A stretch of 64,000 nt of DNA from assembly GCF_022045235.1 (NCBI RefSeq), contig NW_027266264.1, positions 35,898,001-35,962,000 of the forward strand, in the 5' to 3' direction. This document shows, piece after piece, positions 53,541 through 63,500 of this stretch. Numbering within the stretch: the first letter of the stretch is position 1; every line of letters begins with the position of its first letter. The translations under genes were made by a program, and so were the position numbers. This DNA is from Haliotis cracherodii (Eukaryota). The notes under the pieces are model-generated. The model saw only the letters and a list, made by a program, of their open reading frames with translations, searched no databases and was not told the DNA's origin.

Positions 53541-53919
53541 GAGTAGACTAACATCTAGGAAATAAACATATCTAACAGAAAAAAAACAGTTGTTAAATTA
53601 TCTTAATAAAAATATAATAAAAAGGAGCCCAGATACTCTCTTCATTTTCAGATACTGCAGAAATCTAAACTTGCCAAACATCATAAACTGTCATGGGCTA
53701 GCTGTATTGGATATATTTGTTTCAGGGTCTGTATGACAGGCTAAGCTGTGTGTTGATAGTATCAGCAGTAGGTCTTTGTTGATGTGGCCTGTTGAGCAAT
53801 TGAGTAAACCCTGCTATCTGTTTAGCAGGTAAACGCTGTCAGAATGAGGGAGATTTAGGCTGTTCACTTCTGCTGCAACTGAATGTACTGTGGTGATCGG
53901 CAGCATCAGAATACGCACA

Positions 53920-53985
53920 ATGACATCCTCAGTATCTCAGTCTCTGGAATACCAGAGTTTCAGGAGCACCATTCCACAGAAGAAG
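53920..53985 (+). CDS. Candidate first coding exon of an unidentified gene
   Basis: Acceptor tttagcag at 53828, ATG 53920, MTSSVSQSLEYQSFRSTIPQKK, donor AAG|gtatat, followed by T-rich intron-like sequence. Protein not recognised. Confidence 0.35.
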
Positions 53986-54832
53986 GTATATTTATATATG
54001 TTGTTTGAATGAATCTATTTTGTGTATAAATTGTTTGTTCTTGTACAGTATGTTGAGTGTTCATTCTGTTCTACAGACATTTATACTTATAGTAAAAGAC
54101 TACATGTCTATCTTTTCTATCTACCATATATAATTTTGGAAATTTTGCCCTAATTCATTTTTGTTTTGTCTTGTTTTTCTCTTAGTCTATGAAGACATTT
54201 GCAACATTTGATTTGAATTACATGTGTATCTAAAAGTTAAAAAACGCCCAGAATCCAAACCTCCGGGCCTATTTGGATGGAACATTTTGAGTTGGGTGAT
54301 TAGTAGCACAAATAATAAATAGGAAAAGATAGTTTTGTTCTGATATGAATATTGAAGTCTTTCAGGGGAATTTAACTAAAATGAGGGCATTTGTCTTTAG
54401 ATTTCGAGCTAAGCTGTATCAGTGAACATGGTTTGTGCCCATTATGATTTGTGATAGTTTGTCCAAAAGAGCTGTGTCAGCTACCTAGAACTTTCTTGCG
54501 GGAATGGAATATCTGTTTCGTTATCCGTTATTGGCTCTCTTAATTTGCCGTTGTTTGATATTTCACATTATGATTAGCTGTGACACGTTATTTCACAAGT
54601 ATCTTGTTGTAGTGAATTATCAAATATATTACACATTTTCTGTGAATTGTCTTTTTTTTACTCTTGAACCGTCATTATTTGTTTTCCCGTTTGTTTACCT
54701 CATAACCAGGAATACTAGTATAGAGTAAACTTAGGAAACAGTTGCCTACAATGCATGTGATGATCTGTCTGACAGGTTGTTACCGAGTTTACATGTTATA
54801 ATAATATGAGATGTGGTCCTAGTTTATACATG

Positions 54833-55674
54833 TATCATGGTTAACATTTATACTAAGTTATCTTATAATAATTAGATCTACATCAAGTGCTTTTATGAGT
54901 TATCATGGTGTAATATTTATACACCATTGCATATAATTATAGTTTAGCAAGTAATAATTATCATCAGGTAAAATGCATATATAAAATATCAGTAGTTTCA
55001 GTTACAGCTTTTTAGATGGTTGCTAGACTAAGGTATCAAGATCCCATCTCCCAGACAAAGGATATTTATTTAAGTATATCTGTCATCACCTACCGGGGTA
55101 TATTAGAATAACATTACTTCAATTAAGACTCATTAAGGATTAGCCCCGTACAAGCTCGTCTATAGTGCATTAAGGATTAGCCCCCATACAAGCTCGTCTA
55201 TAGGGCATTAAGGATTAGCCCCACACAAGCTCATCTATAGTGACACCCTAATCTCTTTCAAGCATCCAGTAAATATGTCAACAAGATTAGTGCCAGTCCA
55301 ACAGGATTAACAGGATTTAGTATTCCCCTCTGTCCAGCCATCCATTTAGCATAGGACACAACCAATCGTGTATCAACCAATCACATTCCTTTCTATTGTT
55401 CAAACTTTCATTAAATACGTACTGTAGCCAAGTTCTAGCAGAGAAGGGGTTTGACTCTCTTACCAAGCAGACCTCTCTCCCACAGCCCAGAGTGTGTACC
55501 GACTCTCTGTGGCACCCTCAGTTATTATCTAAGCATAAATTGTAAATTGTTAAATGTTCTTGTAAATAAAATTGTGATTAGTCTCCTGTGACTCTGGCTC
55601 TTTGCTGACTAATTCCCCAAGAAAACCAGCACGTCATTTGGAAGGTATTGTTCACCTAGAACAGTTCCATGATA
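54833..55674 (+). repeat. 5' LTR (842 bp)
   Basis: Direct repeat of 62355-63196 with no difference seen by eye. TATCATGG...CCATGATA ends, two CCAAT boxes, AATAAA at ~55565. Confidence 0.95.
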
Positions 55675-55945
55675 ATTTGGCGGAGAATCATCGTTTTCGG
55701 AACCACGGAGTCCAGGAACTACCTACAACCAGCTACAAGAACCCATTGGAGGACATGTCCAACCGTGATCATCTGATGGAATAACAAGCAAGCTGCATCT
55801 ACCTCTGACCTCAACACTGGATTAAAGACAACCAACTCCTGCAAAGACACCAACAACGAAAGAAAAAGTCTTCAAATATTGTAAGTACTACATTGTTGAT
55901 TACTTGTCTTCCTTTAATTTAGTACGGTACATACTAATAGGTGTC

Positions 55946-58900
55946 ATGGCAAATATGGAGTCTGGTATGGAAAGTAACTTCGAAAGTGAAATTCCAACAG
56001 TGTCTTTAGTTACGCCCCTTGCCAAAAGTGTAATTCAGGCAAAATTTGGCACAAAAACAACAAATTGTTTAGTAGATACAGGGGCATCCATTTCTTGTAT
56101 TTCGTCTGCTTTTCTGAGCACAGCTTTTGAAAACCTTACTCTTGGAAACTCACCCTTTCCACAGGTTAAAGGTGTTGGCGGCGAATTGCATAAAGTGTTA
56201 GGTTCAGTTGTGTTAGATTTTGTCATTGAGGATCAGGAATTTTCTCAAAGATTCTATGTTCTGCCTACACTACCAGAAGCAGTGATACTAGGTGAGAACT
56301 TCCTTGATGACAATGATGCAGTCTTAGATTATAGCTGTCATTCCTTGATACTTAACAACAGCACCTCAGATAGGCAATATATCAATTTCATAGCCAATTC
56401 AGTGCAAGAGATTAGTGGATTAGCAAAAACAATAGATCAGATTTACATCCCCCCTCAGAGTGAAATTCATTTCAAGGTTAGACTATCAGAGGTCAAAGAG
56501 GATTCCCTCATCCTGATTGAACCCATTGCTTCCCTCACTGCTCATTCTGAAGTAGCAGGTGGTAGAACTCTTTCCAAAGTGAAAAGCAAAACTGCTACCT
56601 TTAGGCTTATGAATCCCTCCCAAGAAGAAAAAGTTCTTGACAAGGGTACAGTTGTAGGCAAATTTAGTTACATTGACAAAGACTCTGTTTTTGAAATCGG
56701 CTCTGACCAACCATTCATCAGTACCGTTAACACCGACAATGAGAAGAGAGACAATGACACCAGGGATTATGTTAAAATTGCACAAGAATTAGGATTTGAT
56801 TTGACCAATACACAACTGACTCCAGACCAACGACACAGACTACTTAGATTCTTGGGACAAAATAGAGACATGTTTTCAACAAGTCTTGCAGATTTAGGAA
56901 AGACTGACATGCACCAACATATCATTGACACTGGCGACCACCCACCCGTTAAGTGTAGACCATATCGCCAATCTCCTCATCTCCAAAAAGTCACTGAAGA
57001 ACTTATAGATGATTTTCTGAAGTATGATTTAATCGAGGAGTCTACTTCTATGTATTCAGCTCCCATTATCCTAGTCAAGAAACGCGATGGCTCATATAGA
57101 TTTGTTTGTGACTACAGAAAGTTGAATTCTGTCACTTTACCGATGTCATGGCCTCTTCCTGTTTTTGATGATGTTGTTGATAACATAGCCAATGCACAAG
57201 CTAAGATCTTCTCAACTTTAGACCTTGCTAATGGCTTCTTCCAAGTGCCATTACATGAAGATTCAAAGCATAAAACTGCTTTCGTCACCCATCAAGGCCT
57301 TTATCAATTCAAACGTTTGCCCCAAGGTTTGACAAATTCTCCACTTTGTTTTCAACAGCTCATGAGCAAAGTGCTAAGAAAATTACTTTTTAAGGTTGCG
57401 CTGATCTACATTGATGATTTGATAATTTACAGCAAAAACTTTGAAGAGCATCTCCAGCATTTGGAGCAAGTATTTTACTATCTGAAACAGGCAAAATTGA
57501 CACTAAGGCCATCCAAATGCAATTTTGCAACAGACAAAGTTTCTTTTCTGGGTCATGTTTTATCATGTGGAGGTGTTCAAGTTGATGACAAAAAGATTGA
57601 AGCAATTAGAACCTTTCCAGTGCCCAAATCACAAAAGCAGATCCGCTCCTTCTTAGGTCTCACGAACTTCTACAGGAAGTATGTGAAAAATTACGCTCAC
57701 ATAGCGCTTCCACTGAATGCCTTGCTAAAGAAGCATTCAGAGGCAGAAGTAGGAAAGAAACCAAAGTTCCAATGGTCACTTGAGTGTGATCAGGCATTCA
57801 ACACACTCAAACATGCTATGAGTAATACACCTGTTCTGGCTTATCCAAATTTTGACAAAGAATTTCTTCTCGCAACTGATGCCAGCGATATGAGCATAGG
57901 TTTTGTTTTGAGTCAAAAAGACGAGAAAAATAATGAACATCCAATAGCTTTTGGTGGTAGAGCTCTACATGGCAGCGAAAAGAACTGGAGCATTACAGAA
58001 AAGGAAGGCTTAGCTCTAGTTGAAGCCATTAGATCCTTTCGTCCATACCTTGCAAATTCCAAATTCACAGTCTACACTGATCATATAGCATTGAAATGGC
58101 TGAAATCAATCAAGGATGCCACAGGTAGGTTAGGGCGATGGTCTTTGGAACTTTCTACCTACACTTTTGACATTGTTCACCGCAGCGGCAAAGCCAATGG
58201 GAATGCCGATGCTCTCTCACGTAGGGAATACGAGGAAAATATTAACTGTAATGATCAGACAGAAGAAGATGCTGAGAAAACAGTCTTCTCAGTAACTTCA
58301 ACTCAGCAAAGCAAATCAACTAGCAATACCACAATCTTGCCAAACACCCATTCATCCACACGGGTCACACAGACAACTCAGACTGAGGATATTTGCACAC
58401 CTATTGTCAATCACTTAGAATCAGACACACAGACAACACATTGGTCAGTCACCTTTGAATATGAAGAGGATTATCAGTCAGTACCAGTTAATGTTGTTGC
58501 AGCATTACATGCTACAAATGCTGATGTTACCCAAGACACATTGGTTGAAGTAAGTATAAAAGAACATCCAAATTTACGTCACCTACAAAGGATTTGTCCA
58601 GATTTCATCCAAATCTTTGACTACAAAGAGGATGATGTCCTTCCACAAAATGAAAAGGATCGTCAAAAGATTCTTATTGAAGCCAATACTTTTGAAATTG
58701 ATGAAGGCATCCTATACAGATTTGTTCCACAAAGACAGAAAGGCCATGCAGACAAGTTCATTAAACAGCTGGCAGTCCCAAGAACCCTCAGAAATCAAGT
58801 CCTGCAATCCTATCATGACTCAGAGTTTGGCGGTTGCCACCATGGGAAAGAAAGGATGCACAACACCATGAGACCTAAGTACTACTGGCCCAAAATGTAC

Positions 58901-61129
58901 AGCGAGATTGCTACTTATGTCCAGACATGTGAGGTATGTCAACAGACCAAGAGGCACTACCATGCTAAGAAGGCACCACTTCGTCCACTACCTGTAGAAG
59001 AGGTCTTCACCCGATGGCACGTTGACATTCTCGGTCCCCTGCCAACAACACCAGATAAGTACAAGTACATTTTGGTTATCACAGATGCATCATCCAGATG
59101 GTGTGAAGCCTTCCCACTTCGGACCCAAGAAGCCAAAGAAGTAGCAGATGTTCTCGTCAGAGAAATATTTTGTCGGTATGGCGCACCTAGGACCTTAATT
59201 TCAGACAGAGGTCAGAACTTCATGTCCAAACTTATCAAAGCAATTTGTGAACTTTTGGCAATTAAATTTACCCATACCAGCCCATACCATCCTCAAACAA
59301 ACAGCTGTGTAGAAAGGCTCAATTCCTATATCAATCAGTCACTAAGAGCCTATTGTAACAAGTCTCAAAATGATTGGCCCCGTTTTATTCCTGGCATCAT
59401 GATGGCCTATCGGATGGCCCCAAATTCATCAACACAAAAATCCCCATATGTCATGCTTTTTGGCCGAGAAATGAGAGCTCCACAAGATGTAGCATTAATT
59501 CCAAAAGAAAATTTAGGCCACAATAACAAAAGTTATCTTTCCAATTTGCTTGAGGAGCTTGAAATCACTAGAACAATCGCAGCTGAAAACACTGCTCGGG
59601 CTAAGGAGGTGTATTCAGAACAATATAATAGAAAAGCTAAAGAACCAGAATTCGCCCCAGGTCAAAGAGTTTGGCTTTACTGTCAAAAAGTTGAAAAAGG
59701 CCTTTCCAACAAATTAACCAAAAAGTGGTATGGTAGCTATTATATCGTCCATACAGGTCCAAATTATACCTACAAACTACGCCGAAGTTCTGACGACAAA
59801 ATACACAAACCACTGGTCCATGCCAACCGTCTGAAGCCATATTTTGATCCTGCTGATCGTCCACAGTATCCTCCAGAACCATACCTCAATAACCCCAGTG
59901 ACATAGATTCAGGAGTCATGGATGACAACGAGGAACCAGTCAATGATACTCAGATTGACACCAACAATTCCCCATCAACAAGTTCAACTTACCAGGCTAC
60001 TGATCAATCACCTCCACAACAGAAAGGTAAGAAGGTCAATTCCAAAACAAAGGCAGGTACTTCCAGCAACAAGAGTCCGAAGCAAAAGACCCCAACAAAG
60101 AAGAAAAACCCTGCTTCAACTTCAAGTACAACAGAAAAACCTACCAGTCCCACGGCAACAATGAAGGAAAATCATGCCACACCAGGTCCTAGTGCTCCAA
60201 CCAAGGTAAATGAAAAGGTAAACAAAGGGAAAAGGGGAGTGAATAGTAAGCATCACCAGCCCAAATCCAGAAAACAACCCGACGACAGCCAGGTACAACC
60301 TCCAAGTCCAACATCAGGTAATCAAACCAAGGATATCCCTCAAGTCTTCAATCCAGAGGACATCCACTCAATTGTTAGTTCCAAGAGAGCAAATGGCAAA
60401 ATGTACTACAGAGTAAAATGGAAGGATCCAGAAAGAGGAAACACATGGGAGTATGGCAGCAGCATTCCAGACTCCATTCGGAGAGAATTTCACCTCAAAA
60501 GAAGTATGTCAGGAAAACGACGAAAACGTCCACTGAAGAATCATAAGTTTTTCGACCAAAAGGAAACAGCACAAGACAATAAATCAGTCAATGTTCTGTC
60601 AGGTAATTCAATGTCAGGGAATGTCCAGCAAGTCAACACCAAACCATGCATAGAATTAGATGTCAAACCATATCTGTTTTTTCCAAAACACCTACGAAAA
60701 ATAGATCATAAAATAGAAAGAGTTCTGGGCATTGAAATTATTCAAGGAGACTGCTATGTCAAGGTCTTATATAAAGGATTTCCTGATACTGACTTCACAT
60801 GCTATTTTGAAAGTGTTCCTCCCCACCTCATACAGCGCTACCTTGATGATAGCTGGGAGGATCTCCGTAATTGGTCCTGTCTAGAAGATAATCCTCGATA
60901 TGATCCAGAGGAAGCACCAATTTATAAATCCAAAAGGGTTATTTTTCCACATGAAGACTTTGGAAACATCAACACCTTTTACTACCGTATTTCACTCACA
61001 GACATTAGTCCCCATGGACCATACCAGGATCAACTCGCCGTACATACCGAACAATGCCAATTGAACATATTCTTGATCAAAATACAAAATCTCCTGAATA
61101 AACGGTGCAAATCACGAAACAACTATTAG
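55946..61129 (+). CDS. Gypsy Pol: protease - RT - RNase H - integrase - chromo-like domains
   Basis: First ATG at 55946. LVDTGA, YRFVCDYRKLN, YIDD, ATDAS..TDH..ADALSR, H..H..CEVC, VDI..SDRG..VERLN, and YYRVKWKD..NTWE. Confidence 0.95.
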   Translation: MANMESGMESNFESEIPTVSLVTPLAKSVIQAKFGTKTTNCLVDTGASISCISSAFLSTAFENLTLGNSPFPQVKGVGGELHKVLGSVVLDFVIEDQEFSQRFYVLPTLPEAVILGENFLDDNDAVLDYSCHSLILNNSTSDRQYINFIANSVQEISGLAKTIDQIYIPPQSEIHFKVRLSEVKEDSLILIEPIASLTAHSEVAGGRTLSKVKSKTATFRLMNPSQEEKVLDKGTVVGKFSYIDKDSVFEIGSDQPFISTVNTDNEKRDNDTRDYVKIAQELGFDLTNTQLTPDQRHRLLRFLGQNRDMFSTSLADLGKTDMHQHIIDTGDHPPVKCRPYRQSPHLQKVTEELIDDFLKYDLIEESTSMYSAPIILVKKRDGSYRFVCDYRKLNSVTLPMSWPLPVFDDVVDNIANAQAKIFSTLDLANGFFQVPLHEDSKHKTAFVTHQGLYQFKRLPQGLTNSPLCFQQLMSKVLRKLLFKVALIYIDDLIIYSKNFEEHLQHLEQVFYYLKQAKLTLRPSKCNFATDKVSFLGHVLSCGGVQVDDKKIEAIRTFPVPKSQKQIRSFLGLTNFYRKYVKNYAHIALPLNALLKKHSEAEVGKKPKFQWSLECDQAFNTLKHAMSNTPVLAYPNFDKEFLLATDASDMSIGFVLSQKDEKNNEHPIAFGGRALHGSEKNWSITEKEGLALVEAIRSFRPYLANSKFTVYTDHIALKWLKSIKDATGRLGRWSLELSTYTFDIVHRSGKANGNADALSRREYEENINCNDQTEEDAEKTVFSVTSTQQSKSTSNTTILPNTHSSTRVTQTTQTEDICTPIVNHLESDTQTTHWSVTFEYEEDYQSVPVNVVAALHATNADVTQDTLVEVSIKEHPNLRHLQRICPDFIQIFDYKEDDVLPQNEKDRQKILIEANTFEIDEGILYRFVPQRQKGHADKFIKQLAVPRTLRNQVLQSYHDSEFGGCHHGKERMHNTMRPKYYWPKMYSEIATYVQTCEVCQQTKRHYHAKKAPLRPLPVEEVFTRWHVDILGPLPTTPDKYKYILVITDASSRWCEAFPLRTQEAKEVADVLVREIFCRYGAPRTLISDRGQNFMSKLIKAICELLAIKFTHTSPYHPQTNSCVERLNSYINQSLRAYCNKSQNDWPRFIPGIMMAYRMAPNSSTQKSPYVMLFGREMRAPQDVALIPKENLGHNNKSYLSNLLEELEITRTIAAENTARAKEVYSEQYNRKAKEPEFAPGQRVWLYCQKVEKGLSNKLTKKWYGSYYIVHTGPNYTYKLRRSSDDKIHKPLVHANRLKPYFDPADRPQYPPEPYLNNPSDIDSGVMDDNEEPVNDTQIDTNNSPSTSSTYQATDQSPPQQKGKKVNSKTKAGTSSNKSPKQKTPTKKKNPASTSSTTEKPTSPTATMKENHATPGPSAPTKVNEKVNKGKRGVNSKHHQPKSRKQPDDSQVQPPSPTSGNQTKDIPQVFNPEDIHSIVSSKRANGKMYYRVKWKDPERGNTWEYGSSIPDSIRREFHLKRSMSGKRRKRPLKNHKFFDQKETAQDNKSVNVLSGNSMSGNVQQVNTKPCIELDVKPYLFFPKHLRKIDHKIERVLGIEIIQGDCYVKVLYKGFPDTDFTCYFESVPPHLIQRYLDDSWEDLRNWSCLEDNPRYDPEEAPIYKSKRVIFPHEDFGNINTFYYRISLTDISPHGPYQDQLAVHTEQCQLNIFLIKIQNLLNKRCKSRNNY

Positions 61130-61264
61130 CTGTATCTTGTTATGTTTACTTGTGTCCAGTCTTTTCACTATGGGTTGCCAGTTGAGAACAAATGGCATCA
61201 GCCTGATCATCTGAGTTATTTGTATCACAGCAAATTTTGAGCATTGACCTGATCAACCAATCTC

Positions 61265-61700
61265 AAAAGCGAAGTGAAATGACACAAAGCAAACCATACT
61301 GCGAATTGAAACCCAAACCGCACCGAAGCGAAGCAAACCATACTGCGAATCGAAACCCAAACCGCACCGAAGCGAAGCAAACCATACTGTGAATCGAAAT
61401 CCAAACCGCACCGAAGCGAAGCAAACCGTACTGCGAATCGAAACCCAAACCGCACCGAAGCGAAGCGACCATACTACGAATCGAACCCAAACCATACCGA
61501 AGCGAACCTAAACCGTACCGAAGTGAAATGGCACAAACCAAACAATACTGGGAATCGAACCCAAACCGTACCGAAGCGAACCCAAACCGTACCGAAGCAA
61601 AATAAACCAAACCATATCGCATTGAACCGAAGGAAAATCAAAGCGAAACAAACCAAACTCAAATAAAGAAAACTTAACAACCGAAATGAACCAAAACAAA
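61265..61700 (+). repeat. ~42-bp A/C-rich tandem array inside the Gypsy 3' non-coding region
   Basis: Unit gaaacccaaaccgcaccgaagcgaagcaaaccatactgcgaatc-like, decaying to the right. Confidence 0.85.
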
Positions 61701-62354
61701 GAAAAGGCAAACCAAATAGTTACGAAAACTAACAATGATATACACCTTTTGTATACCGTATTAATGTAACAAATCAATGCACTTGTTATATGCACATGCA
61801 CATATATGTATATATAATGCGTCTAATGATTGTATCCAAAAATAGAAGGATATTACTATTTTTCTCATGATATACTTTTGTAATTTGCCGCCAATACATT
61901 CTTCCTGGCCATGACACCGTTTAGTAATAATTATGTACTGATCTTTTACATCATAATTATCATATTTGTTTTATTTTCTAGTTAATACAGACAAACTGAG
62001 GAAGTATTTATATATGACATATTATTTGAACATGCTAACTCTCTTTTCTTTGTTTCCATGTAAAACCTCCATGGACACAGCCTACTATCTTGCAACCCCA
62101 ATCCAGGATGTGGAACTCAAGGCCTCCTACATCACCCATAAAACCACCAGTACAGAGTGCCAAGACAAGCCAGCTCCACATCCAGATTCCCTGATGACAG
62201 CATTTTTATATCATGTTTCCTTATATCAAAGAGACGCTATAATAATTGTTATTTACTATACTACCAGTTTAACTTAATACATTGTCCATCTAAGCCATAA
62301 TTATTTTAATTTTTACACGTTTGGGGTCCAAACTTTTTCAGACGGAGGGGAAGT

Positions 62355-63196
62355 TATCATGGTTAACATTTATACTAAGTTATCTTATAATAATTAGATC
62401 TACATCAAGTGCTTTTATGAGTTATCATGGTGTAATATTTATACACCATTGCATATAATTATAGTTTAGCAAGTAATAATTATCATCAGGTAAAATGCAT
62501 ATATAAAATATCAGTAGTTTCAGTTACAGCTTTTTAGATGGTTGCTAGACTAAGGTATCAAGATCCCATCTCCCAGACAAAGGATATTTATTTAAGTATA
62601 TCTGTCATCACCTACCGGGGTATATTAGAATAACATTACTTCAATTAAGACTCATTAAGGATTAGCCCCGTACAAGCTCGTCTATAGTGCATTAAGGATT
62701 AGCCCCCATACAAGCTCGTCTATAGGGCATTAAGGATTAGCCCCACACAAGCTCATCTATAGTGACACCCTAATCTCTTTCAAGCATCCAGTAAATATGT
62801 CAACAAGATTAGTGCCAGTCCAACAGGATTAACAGGATTTAGTATTCCCCTCTGTCCAGCCATCCATTTAGCATAGGACACAACCAATCGTGTATCAACC
62901 AATCACATTCCTTTCTATTGTTCAAACTTTCATTAAATACGTACTGTAGCCAAGTTCTAGCAGAGAAGGGGTTTGACTCTCTTACCAAGCAGACCTCTCT
63001 CCCACAGCCCAGAGTGTGTACCGACTCTCTGTGGCACCCTCAGTTATTATCTAAGCATAAATTGTAAATTGTTAAATGTTCTTGTAAATAAAATTGTGAT
63101 TAGTCTCCTGTGACTCTGGCTCTTTGCTGACTAATTCCCCAAGAAAACCAGCACGTCATTTGGAAGGTATTGTTCACCTAGAACAGTTCCATGATA
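62355..63196 (+). repeat. 3' LTR (842 bp)
   Basis: Same length and apparently same sequence as the 5' LTR. Confidence 0.95.
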
Positions 63197-63249
63197 CATG
63201 CAACAACGTAAACTTGACAATGATATGGTTTAAATCACTATCAGATTGG

Positions 63250-63500
63250 ACCCGTGAAGATCCGGGGTAGAACAGGTCTTTAGCAACCCATGGTTGCCGT
63301 AAAAGGCGACTGCTTGTTGCAAGAGGTGACTAACGGAATTGAGTGGTCAGACTTGGTTGATGCATGTCATTGATCTCAATTGCGGGGATCGATGTTCATG
63401 ATGTCAGTCATTGGATTGTCTGGTCCAGCTTTGATTATTTACAGACCTCTGTCACATACCTGGAATATTGCTGAGTGTGGCATAAACAACAAACAAACAC
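63250..63500 (+). mobile_element. Short interspersed repeat, family of 23108-23367
   Basis: Colinear, with an (AAAC)n tail. Confidence 0.7.

Larger units (their letters stand above)
54833..63196 (+). mobile_element. Ty3/Gypsy LTR retrotransposon, pol-only (no gag), 4-bp TSD CATG
   Basis: LTRs 54833-55674 and 62355-63196. PBS-like TGGCGGAGAATC at 55678, PPT gacggaggggaag 62341-62353. catg at 54829-54832 and 63197-63200. Confidence 0.95.

Noticed and set aside
55678-55695. Assigning a specific primer tRNA to the PBS
   Set aside because: I could not match TGGCGGAGAATC to a tRNA 3' end from memory; it needs comparison with the host tRNA set.
61225-61801. Antisense ORFs as a hidden gag or env
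   Set aside because: Low-complexity translations of the tandem array with no capsid or envelope motifs.
54831-63198. Canonical TG...CA LTR boundaries
   Set aside because: TG and CA occur only at the outer junctions as part of the CATG TSD, and are absent from the inner LTR ends.
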